Shown: positions 10,627 to 19,863, numbered from the stretch's first letter. The stretch is DNA of 64,000 nucleotides from Candidatus Margulisiibacteriota bacterium (GCA_050250935.1 JBFWNS010000008.1:1-64000), one strand, 5' to 3'. A program made the numbers and translations. Notes: generated by a model not told the origin, from the letters alone.

Positions 10627-12315
10627 ATGAATTTTTTCAACGAAAAAAAACAACTATCAACCGAGTTTAAACACCTCTTGTTTGATAAAGCGGTTTTGAA
10701 CAAGCACAAAACCATTGTGGCCTATCTGAAGGCCAAAAACGAAAAACCAGACCTTAAACCATTAAAGCGGGCTTTGGCCCATGTCGAGACGCTTTTACTA
10801 GACGGGTTGGAAAAACAAGCTTGGCTTCAATATCGGGCCATGGAATTGGCTGGGAATTGGGGGCCCTCTGGCGAACAGCAAGTCAAGCTGGGGTTTTATA
10901 GGAACATCCTGCAATTGCCCAACAGTGTCGCCCTAACCTACGAACACATGGGGCAGTTCGAAACCCTTAAAGCCGACAAGATGGACCAATTTGGGCTTAC
11001 CGGCCTGTCGGCAGGGGCAGTCAAAGTTCAATTCGAGTCCTATCATATTGCGTTTTTGGGTAAACAAGTCAAGTTCGACCAAGTGGATGCCATCAATGCC
11101 TGGCTGCGGTTTATTGGCTCCAAATATACCTATATGACCTGGTTGTTTGGTGCCGAACGCATGTTCTTTGTGGGCGAAGTCAAAAAACATCGCTATGCCG
11201 AAAACGAAGTGGTGTGGGTCAAGCACGAAAAATTCAGAAGCCCGAATCTGATTGTGGCCTTGGCGGCCGTGAATGCCTCCCACCAGGTTTTTATTCGCGA
11301 AGAAGCTTTGCGGACAATTTTTTATCAAAAATGGGTGCTCAGTTACGATTTATCCGATTTTGAAAAATCCATGCTCTATGCCAACCGCGAGCGGGCCATT
11401 TCGGATGGCATCAAAGAGGTGGTTTTCCAGGCCTATGGCGTGTCGGACCGAGAGGCCCTAATCCAAATCGAAAACGAATTTGTCTTTGATATGGGCGAAA
11501 CCATTCAATTCCACGAATTGGGCCACAGCATTGTGCAGCACGATTTGTTGCCCAAAGACGCGGCCACCATTTCGGAAGTCTCGAATGTGTACACCGACAG
11601 TTTGCTCCACAATTTGGCTGAACTATTGGCTGATTTGGCACCCCATCATCGCAATTCCAAAGGGCCATTGGCCAATATGGTGGATCTATCCAAAACCGAC
11701 CCCAGACGGGCGGCCCGCATGTTCTATATGTATTTGTCCGATGTGTGGTTTTACGACACCCAAGATGCCCACATGTTGTTGTATTCGGATCTGATTGTCT
11801 TATTTTTGCTGCGCTACATCAAGCCCAACAAAACCATCGATTTTGCCAAGCTGGAAGCCGATTTGGTGGTCCATAAAGGCAAGTCCAACGCCAAGCCATC
11901 CATGATCGACCGCATTTTAGACGTCATGCAAAAAGGCGGCGAGGACATGATTCAAACCATCAAAACCGCAACCTTTGTGATCCATGGCAAAGACTATGCC
12001 TTCGAAAAGGTTAAACAGCTCACCTTTGGAAACTTCCAACAAGACAAAATCCCCATCGACGAAAATTCGTATAAATTTTTAACCATTTTCTGGCGTACCA
12101 TGTTGAGCTACATGCCGGTTTTTGCTGTCAATGCGCACCAGGCCATTCAGGCCGATCTCGATGCCTTGCGCTTGGATTTCTTGAAAAAAATGATGGTCTT
12201 ATCTTGCGGAAAAACCAAGGCCGAAGCCTATGGGTTCGACCATCGTCGGTATATTTTTGAGACCATGGAAGCGCTGGGGATTACAGTGAAGCCCGGTTCG
12301 ACCACGCTCTTTTAA
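10627..12315 (+). CDS. Uncharacterised HExxH (zincin-like) protein, paralog 2
   Basis: ETIQFHELGH, AELLAD, RMFYMYLSDVWFYDT, all shared with 6069..7742. Confidence 0.75.
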   Translation: MNFFNEKKQLSTEFKHLLFDKAVLNKHKTIVAYLKAKNEKPDLKPLKRALAHVETLLLDGLEKQAWLQYRAMELAGNWGPSGEQQVKLGFYRNILQLPNSVALTYEHMGQFETLKADKMDQFGLTGLSAGAVKVQFESYHIAFLGKQVKFDQVDAINAWLRFIGSKYTYMTWLFGAERMFFVGEVKKHRYAENEVVWVKHEKFRSPNLIVALAAVNASHQVFIREEALRTIFYQKWVLSYDLSDFEKSMLYANRERAISDGIKEVVFQAYGVSDREALIQIENEFVFDMGETIQFHELGHSIVQHDLLPKDAATISEVSNVYTDSLLHNLAELLADLAPHHRNSKGPLANMVDLSKTDPRRAARMFYMYLSDVWFYDTQDAHMLLYSDLIVLFLLRYIKPNKTIDFAKLEADLVVHKGKSNAKPSMIDRILDVMQKGGEDMIQTIKTATFVIHGKDYAFEKVKQLTFGNFQQDKIPIDENSYKFLTIFWRTMLSYMPVFAVNAHQAIQADLDALRLDFLKKMMVLSCGKTKAEAYGFDHRRYIFETMEALGITVKPGSTTLF

Positions 12316-12358
12316 TTGAAAAAAGAGAGTGGGAAACGACTCTCACTGAGTGCCAGCT

Positions 12359-12442
12359 GGAAAACGGACAAAAACCAGTGGCTTTAGCGGGCTTAGCTAG
12401 TTATCGGCTAATAATCAGTGCTAAGCCCGCGAGTGTCAAAAG
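12359..12442 (-). repeat. 84-bp hairpin-containing dispersed repeat, copy 2
   Basis: Reverse complement of 7934..8017, immediately downstream of the comEC stop. Confidence 0.9.
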
Positions 12443-12447
12443 TAATT

Positions 12448-14664
12448 TTAAAAGCCATTCGGAAGATAGGTCGAGAGGCTGATTCTTTTACCATCGGTTA
12501 GAAGCTGAATGGCCCCATTTTTGTCGGTTCGATAGAGTCGAATCTGGTGTTCGGAAAGACGCTCGACAACCTCTTGGGAGGGGTGGCGGAATTTGTTGTT
12601 TCGACCTGCGCTGGCGATGGCAATTTGGGGGTGAACGGCGGCCAAAAAGGCCTCTGTGGATGATGTTTTACTGCCGTGGTGTCCCAATTTAAGAACCCTT
12701 GCCCCCAAGGCTGGGGCTTGGTTGGCCAGCAGGGCATTTTCCCCTTCTTCTTCCAAATCGCCCATGAACAAAATATCGACGGTGCCCATGGTCAGCTTGG
12801 TGACCACCGAGTTGTTGTTTTCGTTTTCGTCCATCACATGGTCGGGTTCGGGATAAAGAATGCGCAAGACAATGCCCTTTTCCAAGCGAAACACCTGGTT
12901 TTGAACCGCTGCAAGGGTTGTGGTGGTTTTGGGCACTGGAAGGTGCGGGTTGGGTTCCCCATTCGTTACAAAGACTTTGGGGCTATAGGTTGGCAGCAAG
13001 AAAAATAGCCCCCCAAAATGATCGTCGTGAAAGTGGGTCAGCAAAATGCCATCCAGAGCGGTGATGCCTTCATACCTTAAAAAGGGAGCCACAATGCGCT
13101 GTCCGGCATCAAAGACAATTTTTCCGGTCAAAAAGTCTTTAACCCTGGGACCGCCATCGATTAAAAAGCTGCGGTGGGAGGGGGTTTCGATCACGGTGGC
13201 GTCCCCTTGGCCCACGTCCAAAAAGGTCACCGTCAGGGTCGAGCTGGGAAACCAAGTGGGAATGGCAATGCCCAAGAGCGCGATCGTCATCAGGCTTAAG
13301 CCCACGGAAGTGCCGGGTTTGCGCTGACTGTGTCGCAGAACGGCCCAGCCCAAGCCAGCATAAAACAGGACCAGCCAGCCCAGCCAGGGTTGGGCCAAGG
13401 CAAAGTTTCCGCCGGGAATCTGGCTGATTTTGGCCAGAACGCCATTTAAATGGGACAAAACCTGGCCGCATCCCACTAGAAATGGGGCGCCAACACTGGG
13501 CATCAACAGCCCTATTCCAGAGCCCAAAAATCCTGCAAGTACCACCACTTCCGAAATGGGTACCACCAAGGCGTTGGTCACCAGGGCAATGGGGGACAGG
13601 GTTTGGAAGGCATACCAGGTGATGGGTGTGGTAAATAAAAAGGGTGCCAGCGTCATGGCCACCAGGGTTTTCAGCCATTGGGGCCAAGTGGTGGGAAATC
13701 CCGCTTCCAGCAACGGCACACCAAACACCAACGAGGCTGTGGCTGCAAAGGACAGCAAAAACCCCAAATCAAAACAAAATAAAGGGTTCCAGGCCAGCAT
13801 CAGCAAGGCGGTAAACGACAGCAGGTGCAAGGGGTGGGTTCGCCGGTTCAACAGCGCCAAAATCAGGGCGATTTCGCTCATTAACACGGCCCGAAAAATC
13901 GAGGTTCCCCCGCCAGTCAGGCCATAAAACAGGGCATGAATCACCGTCATGACAACCACCAAAACGGGGTTGGACAAGGGCAAAAGCCGTAACAGTACCA
14001 AACAAGACCCGCAAAGCAACGACACCTGGGCCCCCGACACCACCAGCAAGTGGGTTAATCCGGTTTTTTGATAGATGGTTTGAAGCTCGTCCGGCAAGTG
14101 TAGGCCTTGGTCTCCAATTAAAAAGCTGGACAACAACGGCCCAAGTTGGGGGCCCAAATACCGATCGTGCAAGGCCAAAACCCGGTTGTGAAGGACAAAC
14201 AAAACCCGATTGGGATTCCACCAAGATCCTTGCCCAAGTTTTTGGGTGTGCGTCACCAAAAACACCCCGTTAATGCCTTTTACACGATAATAATGGGGGG
14301 CATTAAATTCCCCAGGATTGGTTGGTTCTCGCAACAGACGAAACCGACCCGAGACCCTGAAGGTGTCGCCGGGCATCGCCAAAAAAGGGGTTTTGAAGTT
14401 CAAGATAACAGTTCCAAACGGCGAACGAGCAACCGCTTGGCTGGGTTTGGGCAGGGCCGATAGGGTAACGGTCATGTTGAGAGGGGCATCGGGCAAAGGG
14501 ACGGGCTTTTCCAGCCAGGGGGAGAGGGCAACAATCACGGCCACCACGGCGGCCAAAAGCAAGGGTGTGAACCAGCGTTTTATCCCGTTTAAACAAAGGG
14601 CAATTAAGGGTTTTAGAGGGGCTTTTGGCAGCATGGAAGCCGCCAGTGTAGCAAAAAATTGCAA
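12448..14664 (-). CDS. comEC: DNA internalization competence protein ComEC/Rec2
   Basis: GLTHLLVVSGAQ competence domain, multiple TMs, FLDVGQGDA, THFHDDH and LGHHGS metallo-beta-lactamase motifs; exact start uncertain. Confidence 0.93.
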   Translation of the reverse strand: MQFFATLAASMLPKAPLKPLIALCLNGIKRWFTPLLLAAVVAVIVALSPWLEKPVPLPDAPLNMTVTLSALPKPSQAVARSPFGTVILNFKTPFLAMPGDTFRVSGRFRLLREPTNPGEFNAPHYYRVKGINGVFLVTHTQKLGQGSWWNPNRVLFVLHNRVLALHDRYLGPQLGPLLSSFLIGDQGLHLPDELQTIYQKTGLTHLLVVSGAQVSLLCGSCLVLLRLLPLSNPVLVVVMTVIHALFYGLTGGGTSIFRAVLMSEIALILALLNRRTHPLHLLSFTALLMLAWNPLFCFDLGFLLSFAATASLVFGVPLLEAGFPTTWPQWLKTLVAMTLAPFLFTTPITWYAFQTLSPIALVTNALVVPISEVVVLAGFLGSGIGLLMPSVGAPFLVGCGQVLSHLNGVLAKISQIPGGNFALAQPWLGWLVLFYAGLGWAVLRHSQRKPGTSVGLSLMTIALLGIAIPTWFPSSTLTVTFLDVGQGDATVIETPSHRSFLIDGGPRVKDFLTGKIVFDAGQRIVAPFLRYEGITALDGILLTHFHDDHFGGLFFLLPTYSPKVFVTNGEPNPHLPVPKTTTTLAAVQNQVFRLEKGIVLRILYPEPDHVMDENENNNSVVTKLTMGTVDILFMGDLEEEGENALLANQAPALGARVLKLGHHGSKTSSTEAFLAAVHPQIAIASAGRNNKFRHPSQEVVERLSEHQIRLYRTDKNGAIQLLTDGKRISLSTYLPNGF

Positions 14665-14687
14665 TTTGAAGCCACATCTTCCGATAA
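14660..14687 (+). promoter_or_regulatory. Sigma-28-like promoter motif TGCAAT-N16-CGATAA
   Basis: TGCAAT 14660-14665 and CCGATAA 14681-14687, upstream of the kinase. Confidence 0.7.
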
Positions 14688-14720
14688 CTAGTGGATGCCC
14701 AAGGGTATCGAAAAGGGGAT

Positions 14721-16277
14721 ATGATAATGATGTTTAAGCATATTGCAGTGGTAAAACCACCCACAGATTTTTCGGGATTAATGGCCCTTTTTCCGCCAAA
14801 AAAAAATGGCGGTTCGGCTATTGGTTTTGGGTCCTTTTTACCACCGTCGGTGCCGGTTGTTCCTAGTCCCACTTCGGTTTCAGCAGAACTTTCTATGTCT
14901 TCTCCAGATGCGTCGAGCTCGGAATCGAATATGGAAGAAGATCCGAAATCCGCGGTTTCGACGCACAGTTCTGTCCAGCCTTCTGACGACGATTCTTTGT
15001 TTAGGGCTTTTCTTGCCGCACCCACTGGGGATATGGGGATTCGTAAACGTACTGCATCTCAATTAGCCGGGCTTTACCCACCCTCTGCAAAACGGAATGA
15101 GCCTCAACTGAAGGCCGCTGGTTTCAATTTTTCTGAGATCGTACAGGCCGAACACCCCGCCATCTATCCAGATATGCCAGAGGATCTCAACCCCTTTTTT
15201 GATTTTGGACCCGCAAGCCCAGTGCGTGGAGCAGATCTTTTGGCCATGTCTAAGTTGGAGCGTGTTCAGGTAACAGATGCCTCTGTTGAGTATTCTTTTT
15301 CTGGGAATATAAAGGTCTCGGTTGATCTGAAAAAACAGCTTGCAAATGGGGCTCATGGTGCTGTTTTTCCAGCCGCTGTTCGAAGTGGGGAAAAAGAATG
15401 GCAAACGGTTTACAAGCGGTATCGGCCAGGATACGAAAATACGATTTTTAACAGAATTTCGGCGGCGTTCGAGATCATAAAAAGGTTAAATCAAGGGGCC
15501 CCACATCCTAATATGGCTAAGCCGATATTTATGAACCATTTTGAGCTGGGCAAAAGGGTAGATTCGGTGGCCTATATTGAAGCCCAAACCGAATTTTCCA
15601 ATATTAATGATGATGGGATCCATGCGGTGTTGAACATAAACCCAGCGGGAGGCACTGCACTTGTGTTCAAATTGCTGGTTCAAATTTTAGAGCTAAATCG
15701 GTTTATGCACACCAACGGGTTTGTTCATGGCGATTTAAAAGGAGCCAACTTGTTGTTGGATAAAGCCAACAAGGCCCACCTTAAAGCCACTGATTTTGAA
15801 TTTGCGCAACATTTAGGTAAGCAAGTGTTTGTAGAGACGACACCCGTTTATTGTGGTGAAAAACAACTGAGACATTTAAGCGGAAATTATATCGTTGGGT
15901 CCGATGCCGATCTAAATGCTGTGGGATTAATGCTTTACAAATGGCTAGAGGGAAGCCATCTCTATGAATGTGTAAAAGTGATGGATAAAAGACTGTACAC
16001 AAACCTGACTTTTTTGGCCCAGGTTATCGATGATCCTAGCTATACGGATGCAAAGCAAGCCTTGAGCCAGAAAGCTGGCCAAGACACGGTTTTGGCCCCC
16101 TTGTACCGAATAGCATTGGCCTTAATTGCTGCGGATGGAAAACCAGAAGAGACCCTATCGGTTTATCGGCTCGTGATGAACGAAATGGCAAAACACGTCG
16201 CGCGATATGCGGTTACTCCACTCCAGGTGGACCAGAGTGTGACCCAGTACATGGAACTGTGTAAAGTACACGCCTAA
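14721..16277 (+). CDS. Eukaryote-like Ser/Thr protein kinase with disordered Ser/Pro-rich N-terminus
   Basis: LANGAHGAVF Gly loop, VYK lysine, HGDLKGANLLL catalytic loop, DFE in place of DFG; start inferred from AAGGGG RBS. Confidence 0.85.
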   Translation: MIMMFKHIAVVKPPTDFSGLMALFPPKKNGGSAIGFGSFLPPSVPVVPSPTSVSAELSMSSPDASSSESNMEEDPKSAVSTHSSVQPSDDDSLFRAFLAAPTGDMGIRKRTASQLAGLYPPSAKRNEPQLKAAGFNFSEIVQAEHPAIYPDMPEDLNPFFDFGPASPVRGADLLAMSKLERVQVTDASVEYSFSGNIKVSVDLKKQLANGAHGAVFPAAVRSGEKEWQTVYKRYRPGYENTIFNRISAAFEIIKRLNQGAPHPNMAKPIFMNHFELGKRVDSVAYIEAQTEFSNINDDGIHAVLNINPAGGTALVFKLLVQILELNRFMHTNGFVHGDLKGANLLLDKANKAHLKATDFEFAQHLGKQVFVETTPVYCGEKQLRHLSGNYIVGSDADLNAVGLMLYKWLEGSHLYECVKVMDKRLYTNLTFLAQVIDDPSYTDAKQALSQKAGQDTVLAPLYRIALALIAADGKPEETLSVYRLVMNEMAKHVARYAVTPLQVDQSVTQYMELCKVHA

Positions 16278-16701
16278 TTTCTCGAGGATACAGCAGATTC
16301 AGTGCGGCTAAAACAGGATCCACTAGGTTGCCCGGCCAAAGCATAGGAACTTGGGTTAAATGGGTATCGACAAGAACTGTAAGGCCATTCCACTCTCGCA
16401 CACAAACAATATGATTCTGCACTGGGGAAAGGCTAAACAAACAAAGAACAGCTCTTTCGGAACAGTTGGGAAAGATGCGCATTAAATTGGCAAAAACATC
16501 TTCTAATGGATTCCAACGCGGTAATGGATGGTGTGCGCCATTATAGTTTTGCAAATCTTGAGGAGACTGAACGGCGAGGTAACACAACTCTAGGCAAGCA
16601 TTTGCCAAAGGAAGCCTGGGTACAGTAGGGGGTGGGAACACCGCATTTAGCTGACTAAGTAGGGCCGAAATGCTGTCGGAAACGGCGATTAATTTTCGCA
16701 T
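16213..16701 (-). CDS. Hypothetical protein with putative papain/transglutaminase-like Cys-His-Asp triad
   Basis: NCSERA...NHIVCV...VLVD pattern; 3' end overlaps the kinase by about 65 nt. Confidence 0.5.
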   Translation of the reverse strand: MRKLIAVSDSISALLSQLNAVFPPPTVPRLPLANACLELCYLAVQSPQDLQNYNGAHHPLPRWNPLEDVFANLMRIFPNCSERAVLCLFSLSPVQNHIVCVREWNGLTVLVDTHLTQVPMLWPGNLVDPVLAALNLLYPREIRRVLYTVPCTGSHSGPPGVE

Positions 16702-16734
16702 GCGTCAACTTTTATAAAAGGGAATAAAAACAGC

Positions 16735-16761
16735 TTATCGCAGTTTTCAAAAAAAATTCAA
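16735..16761 (-). promoter_or_regulatory. Degenerate sigma-28-like motif TTGAAT-N15-CGATAA
   Basis: Minus-strand GCGATAA 34 nt upstream of ATG 16701; imperfect -35. Confidence 0.45.
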
Positions 16762-16881
16762 GCACTTGTGTAGTGGGTAGGTCGGATGTTGTCGATTTTG
16801 TGTTTGTGCCGGTTGTGAAGAAATCAAATTTTAGGTACACTTGAACGACACTTCTGCTCGGGTTTCCAAAGGAAAAATGTC

Positions 16882-17265
16882 ATGAAAAAAAGCCTCCTGA
16901 TGGGTGGCGCTTTGGTTGTTTTGGCTGTTGGGACCTATTGGGGTTTCCATACCCTTAAGCCTTCTGAACCCAAGCCTGTTGAACAACCTGCTGTAACCAC
17001 CCAAATGGTTTGGAATGTTCCTTTGGAGTCTGAAGCCAAAGCCCAAAAGATTGAAAAAAAACTGGCCCAAACCCCAGGTGTTGTGGCCGTTAAAACAACC
17101 GCCAAAACCGTCACCTGCGAATACGATCCCACCAAAGTCCAAGTGGCGGACATGGTGCAGACCATCGAAAAAGAAGGGGTAAAAGTCGAGTCTAAACCCT
17201 CGGCGCCACAGCCCCTGAATGTCATCAACTACAGCATCGATGTTCAACAAGGAGATCCAAAATGA
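16882..17265 (+). CDS. Membrane-anchored/exported HMA-fold protein lacking CxxC
   Basis: N-terminal TM; KIEKKLAQTPGV...VTCEYDPTKVQVADMVQTIEKEG matches the HMA pattern; ESEAK where CxxC normally sits. Confidence 0.6.
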   Translation: MKKSLLMGGALVVLAVGTYWGFHTLKPSEPKPVEQPAVTTQMVWNVPLESEAKAQKIEKKLAQTPGVVAVKTTAKTVTCEYDPTKVQVADMVQTIEKEGVKVESKPSAPQPLNVINYSIDVQQGDPK

Positions 17266-17771
17266 ACTTAAAAACAACCATTCTTGCCGCCGTGCTGATG
17301 GTTCCTGCAACGGTTTTTGCCGCTCCGATTGCTGGAGTCGCTGTTTTTTACCCCACATCCGGCAATGCGGTGTCTGGTGTTGTGCGCTTAAGCCAAACCC
17401 CAGACGGTGTTCGTTTGGTGGGGCAGGTGTCTGGGCTTACGCCGGGTAAGCATGGGTTTCATATCCATCAATACGGCGACACATCGGCGTCAGATGGCAC
17501 CGCCGCAGGGTCTCATTTTAACCCCTCTGGACACCAGCACGGGATGCCAGGGTCTGGCCACGTTGGCGATTTGATGAACATCGAAGCCAATGCGTCTGGA
17601 AATGCCACCCTCGATCGGACCCTGTCGGGCGCTACCCTGACCTCCGACGAAAACGGAATTTTAGGCCGTTCCTTGGTCATTCACGCCGACCAAGATGATT
17701 ACAAAACACAGCCAACGGGCGGGTCTGGGGCCCGTGTTGCCGTTGGCGTTATAGGAGTTGCGAAGCCATGA
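17262..17771 (+). CDS. sodC: Periplasmic Cu/Zn superoxide dismutase
   Basis: Signal peptide, HGFHIH, HFNP, HVGDL, GRSLVIHA, GARVAVGVI. Confidence 0.92.
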   Translation: MNLKTTILAAVLMVPATVFAAPIAGVAVFYPTSGNAVSGVVRLSQTPDGVRLVGQVSGLTPGKHGFHIHQYGDTSASDGTAAGSHFNPSGHQHGMPGSGHVGDLMNIEANASGNATLDRTLSGATLTSDENGILGRSLVIHADQDDYKTQPTGGSGARVAVGVIGVAKP

Positions 17772-18712
17772 TGCAGGAGAATATGCGTTTTTTTGCGGGA
17801 TCCTCTCACCCCGAATTGGGCAAAGCCATTGCCGATCAATTGGGCATTGAATTGGGAAAAATTCAGTTGTCTCGGTTTAGCTGTGGCGAATTGTATGCCC
17901 GCATCGAAGAATCCATTCGCGGCTACGAAGTGTATGTGCTTCAAACCGCAGCCCAAGAGGTTAACGACAACTACATGGAACTCTTCATCATGATGGATGC
18001 ATTAAAGCGCTCTTCTGCTGCCTCCATTAACGTGATTATTCCCCATTTTGGCTATGCCCGCCAAGACAAAAAATCGGCGCCCAGAGAGCCCATTTCGAGC
18101 CGTTTGATTGCCGATTTGATGTCCTCGGTTGGATTCGACCGCCTGATTACCATGGACTTGCATGCCGACCAAATTCAAGGATTTTTCTTGCAACCGGTGG
18201 ATCATTTAACCGCCATGCCTTTGTTTGTGGAGTATTTTGCCAAAAAGAAACTTCAAAATTTGGTGGTTGTGGCTCCCGATGCTGGCCGGGCCAAATTTGC
18301 CAAAAAACTTTCCGACCATTTGGGCGGCGAATTGGCTTTTTTACACAAAACCCGTCCTGCCCACAATGTGGCCGAAATTGTGAATGTGGTGGGCAATGTC
18401 CAAGGCAAAACTGTGTTGTTGGTCGACGATATGGTCGACACCGGCGGTTCGGTGACTTCTGGCTTGGCCACCTTGAAAAAATTTGGCTGCAACGACGAAA
18501 TTTATTTGGCCACCACCCATCCCGTGTTGTCTGGCCCCGCCATTGAGCGGTTCTCCAAAGCCGGGTTTAAAGAAGTCGTGGTGACCGATACGATCCCGCT
18601 ACCCAAAGAAAAACAGTTTCCAGGCTTAACGGTGTTGTCTGTAGCGCCCATGTTGGCCGAAGCCATTAAGCGCAACTACGAACATCAATCGATTTCGTCG
18701 TTGTATGTTTAA
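17768..18712 (+). CDS. prs: Ribose-phosphate pyrophosphokinase
   Basis: YARQDKK, MDLHADQIQGFF, VDDMVDTGGS PRPP-binding motif. Confidence 0.97.
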   Translation: MMQENMRFFAGSSHPELGKAIADQLGIELGKIQLSRFSCGELYARIEESIRGYEVYVLQTAAQEVNDNYMELFIMMDALKRSSAASINVIIPHFGYARQDKKSAPREPISSRLIADLMSSVGFDRLITMDLHADQIQGFFLQPVDHLTAMPLFVEYFAKKKLQNLVVVAPDAGRAKFAKKLSDHLGGELAFLHKTRPAHNVAEIVNVVGNVQGKTVLLVDDMVDTGGSVTSGLATLKKFGCNDEIYLATTHPVLSGPAIERFSKAGFKEVVVTDTIPLPKEKQFPGLTVLSVAPMLAEAIKRNYEHQSISSLYV

Positions 18713-19800
18713 GTTAAGGGGTTAAGGCGACCAAGTACCCAGTTTCGGGCGGCATCGAAGAGCGCAAAATAAATGCCATAACGACCTGATTTTACACCTA
18801 CACCTGCAAAGACAGTTCGACGTACCCCATTAATCACTTGCAAGGGATTTTCGCTATGGGGGATTTCCCGAAGTGTTGAAACATAAGACGGTTTCCCAGA
18901 TTGTATAGCGGTTACCAGCGCATCAAAGGGGGCCCCTGCAACAGCAGCGCCAAAACCAACCGTAGTTGCTGCGATAACGACAGACCCTGGGGTACCGAGT
19001 CCCCTTGGGATGCCATGATCTGAAAACCAATGATTTAGTGCACGTTGGGCATCACCATAAAGGGCAAAAAGGCCAGCCCCAAAAATGGCAGCCCGAGCAG
19101 CAGCAGGCGCCACGGAAGGTAAGATATTCTGTCTAAAAACCGTATAAGAAATAGTGTCAGAACGTCCCGTTTGGACAGCCCGATTTATAAATTCCAAAGG
19201 GGTTACGAGTGCGTCTACAAGCCCACTAGCAGCAGCAGAGGCCCAGAGTTTCGCCTTTTTTTCTGGAACCCCCTTTTGTACAAGATAAGAAACCGACAGG
19301 TCAACCGCGATCACTTTAAGTGTTCTTCGCGGAATGTCTTGGCCAAACCCGGCAACCATGCCCTTGCAAAATGTGTTATAAAGTGCGGCCTTCAGACCTC
19401 GGGTCTGATGCATTTTTTGGTCGTAAAGGGCTTGCCAGATACCCAACTGAGGGTTTTCTTGTAGTCGAAATTTTGCGCCATTGGCCCAATGGGTGGCTGC
19501 GCTTGCAGCAATAGAGCCCGCAGCTCCTGAAACCATGGCTTTGAATGCAATGGCTGAGGCGCTGGTATTGGCAGCTGAGACCACTGTTGGATGAAATGAA
19601 ATAGCCTGGTTGGCTTGATGCGCTAAGCCAGCCGGAAACCCCAGTGTTATCGAAGGATTGGAGAGAGTCGCCGAAGCCGCAACGAGTGCTTCTTTAGAAG
19701 AGGTAGTAAAAGTAGACTTTGAGGCGGGATGGGATTCAGGACTATTTTGAACAGAACGTGCAGGAACTTGAGTAGTGGGCGGTGCGGGAGAAACAGACAT
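18709..19800 (-). CDS. Mitochondrial carrier family (SLC25)-like protein with low-complexity N-terminal extension
   Basis: Three carrier-like repeats: THWANGAKFRLQ...CKGMVAGFGQDIPR, VTPLEFINRAVQ...AARAAIF, GAPFDALVTAIQ...FAGVGVKSGR; AGGAG RBS before ATG 19800. Confidence 0.7.
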   Translation of the reverse strand: MSVSPAPPTTQVPARSVQNSPESHPASKSTFTTSSKEALVAASATLSNPSITLGFPAGLAHQANQAISFHPTVVSAANTSASAIAFKAMVSGAAGSIAASAATHWANGAKFRLQENPQLGIWQALYDQKMHQTRGLKAALYNTFCKGMVAGFGQDIPRRTLKVIAVDLSVSYLVQKGVPEKKAKLWASAAASGLVDALVTPLEFINRAVQTGRSDTISYTVFRQNILPSVAPAAARAAIFGAGLFALYGDAQRALNHWFSDHGIPRGLGTPGSVVIAATTVGFGAAVAGAPFDALVTAIQSGKPSYVSTLREIPHSENPLQVINGVRRTVFAGVGVKSGRYGIYFALFDAARNWVLGRLNPLT

Positions 19801-19830
19801 AACCACTCCTGAATAGTATAGATTTCATAA

Positions 19831-19858
19831 TTATCGAGCAGAGGAGGGGTTTATTGCA
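19831..19858 (-). promoter_or_regulatory. Sigma-28-like promoter motif TGCAAT-N16-CGATAA
   Basis: Plus strand reads TTATCG 19831-19836 and ATTGCA 19853-19858. Confidence 0.7.
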
Positions 19859-19863
19859 AAAAT

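Noticed and set aside
12401..12408. GCCGATAA inside the hairpin repeat as another sigma-28 promoter
   Set aside because: No TGCAAT at the expected distance and no downstream gene in that orientation
14303..15025. 240-aa minus-strand ORF and the many other short overlapping ORFs (for example 3637..4353, 6408..7133, 37686..38549)
   Set aside because: Antisense or out-of-frame shadows of well-supported genes, with no motifs
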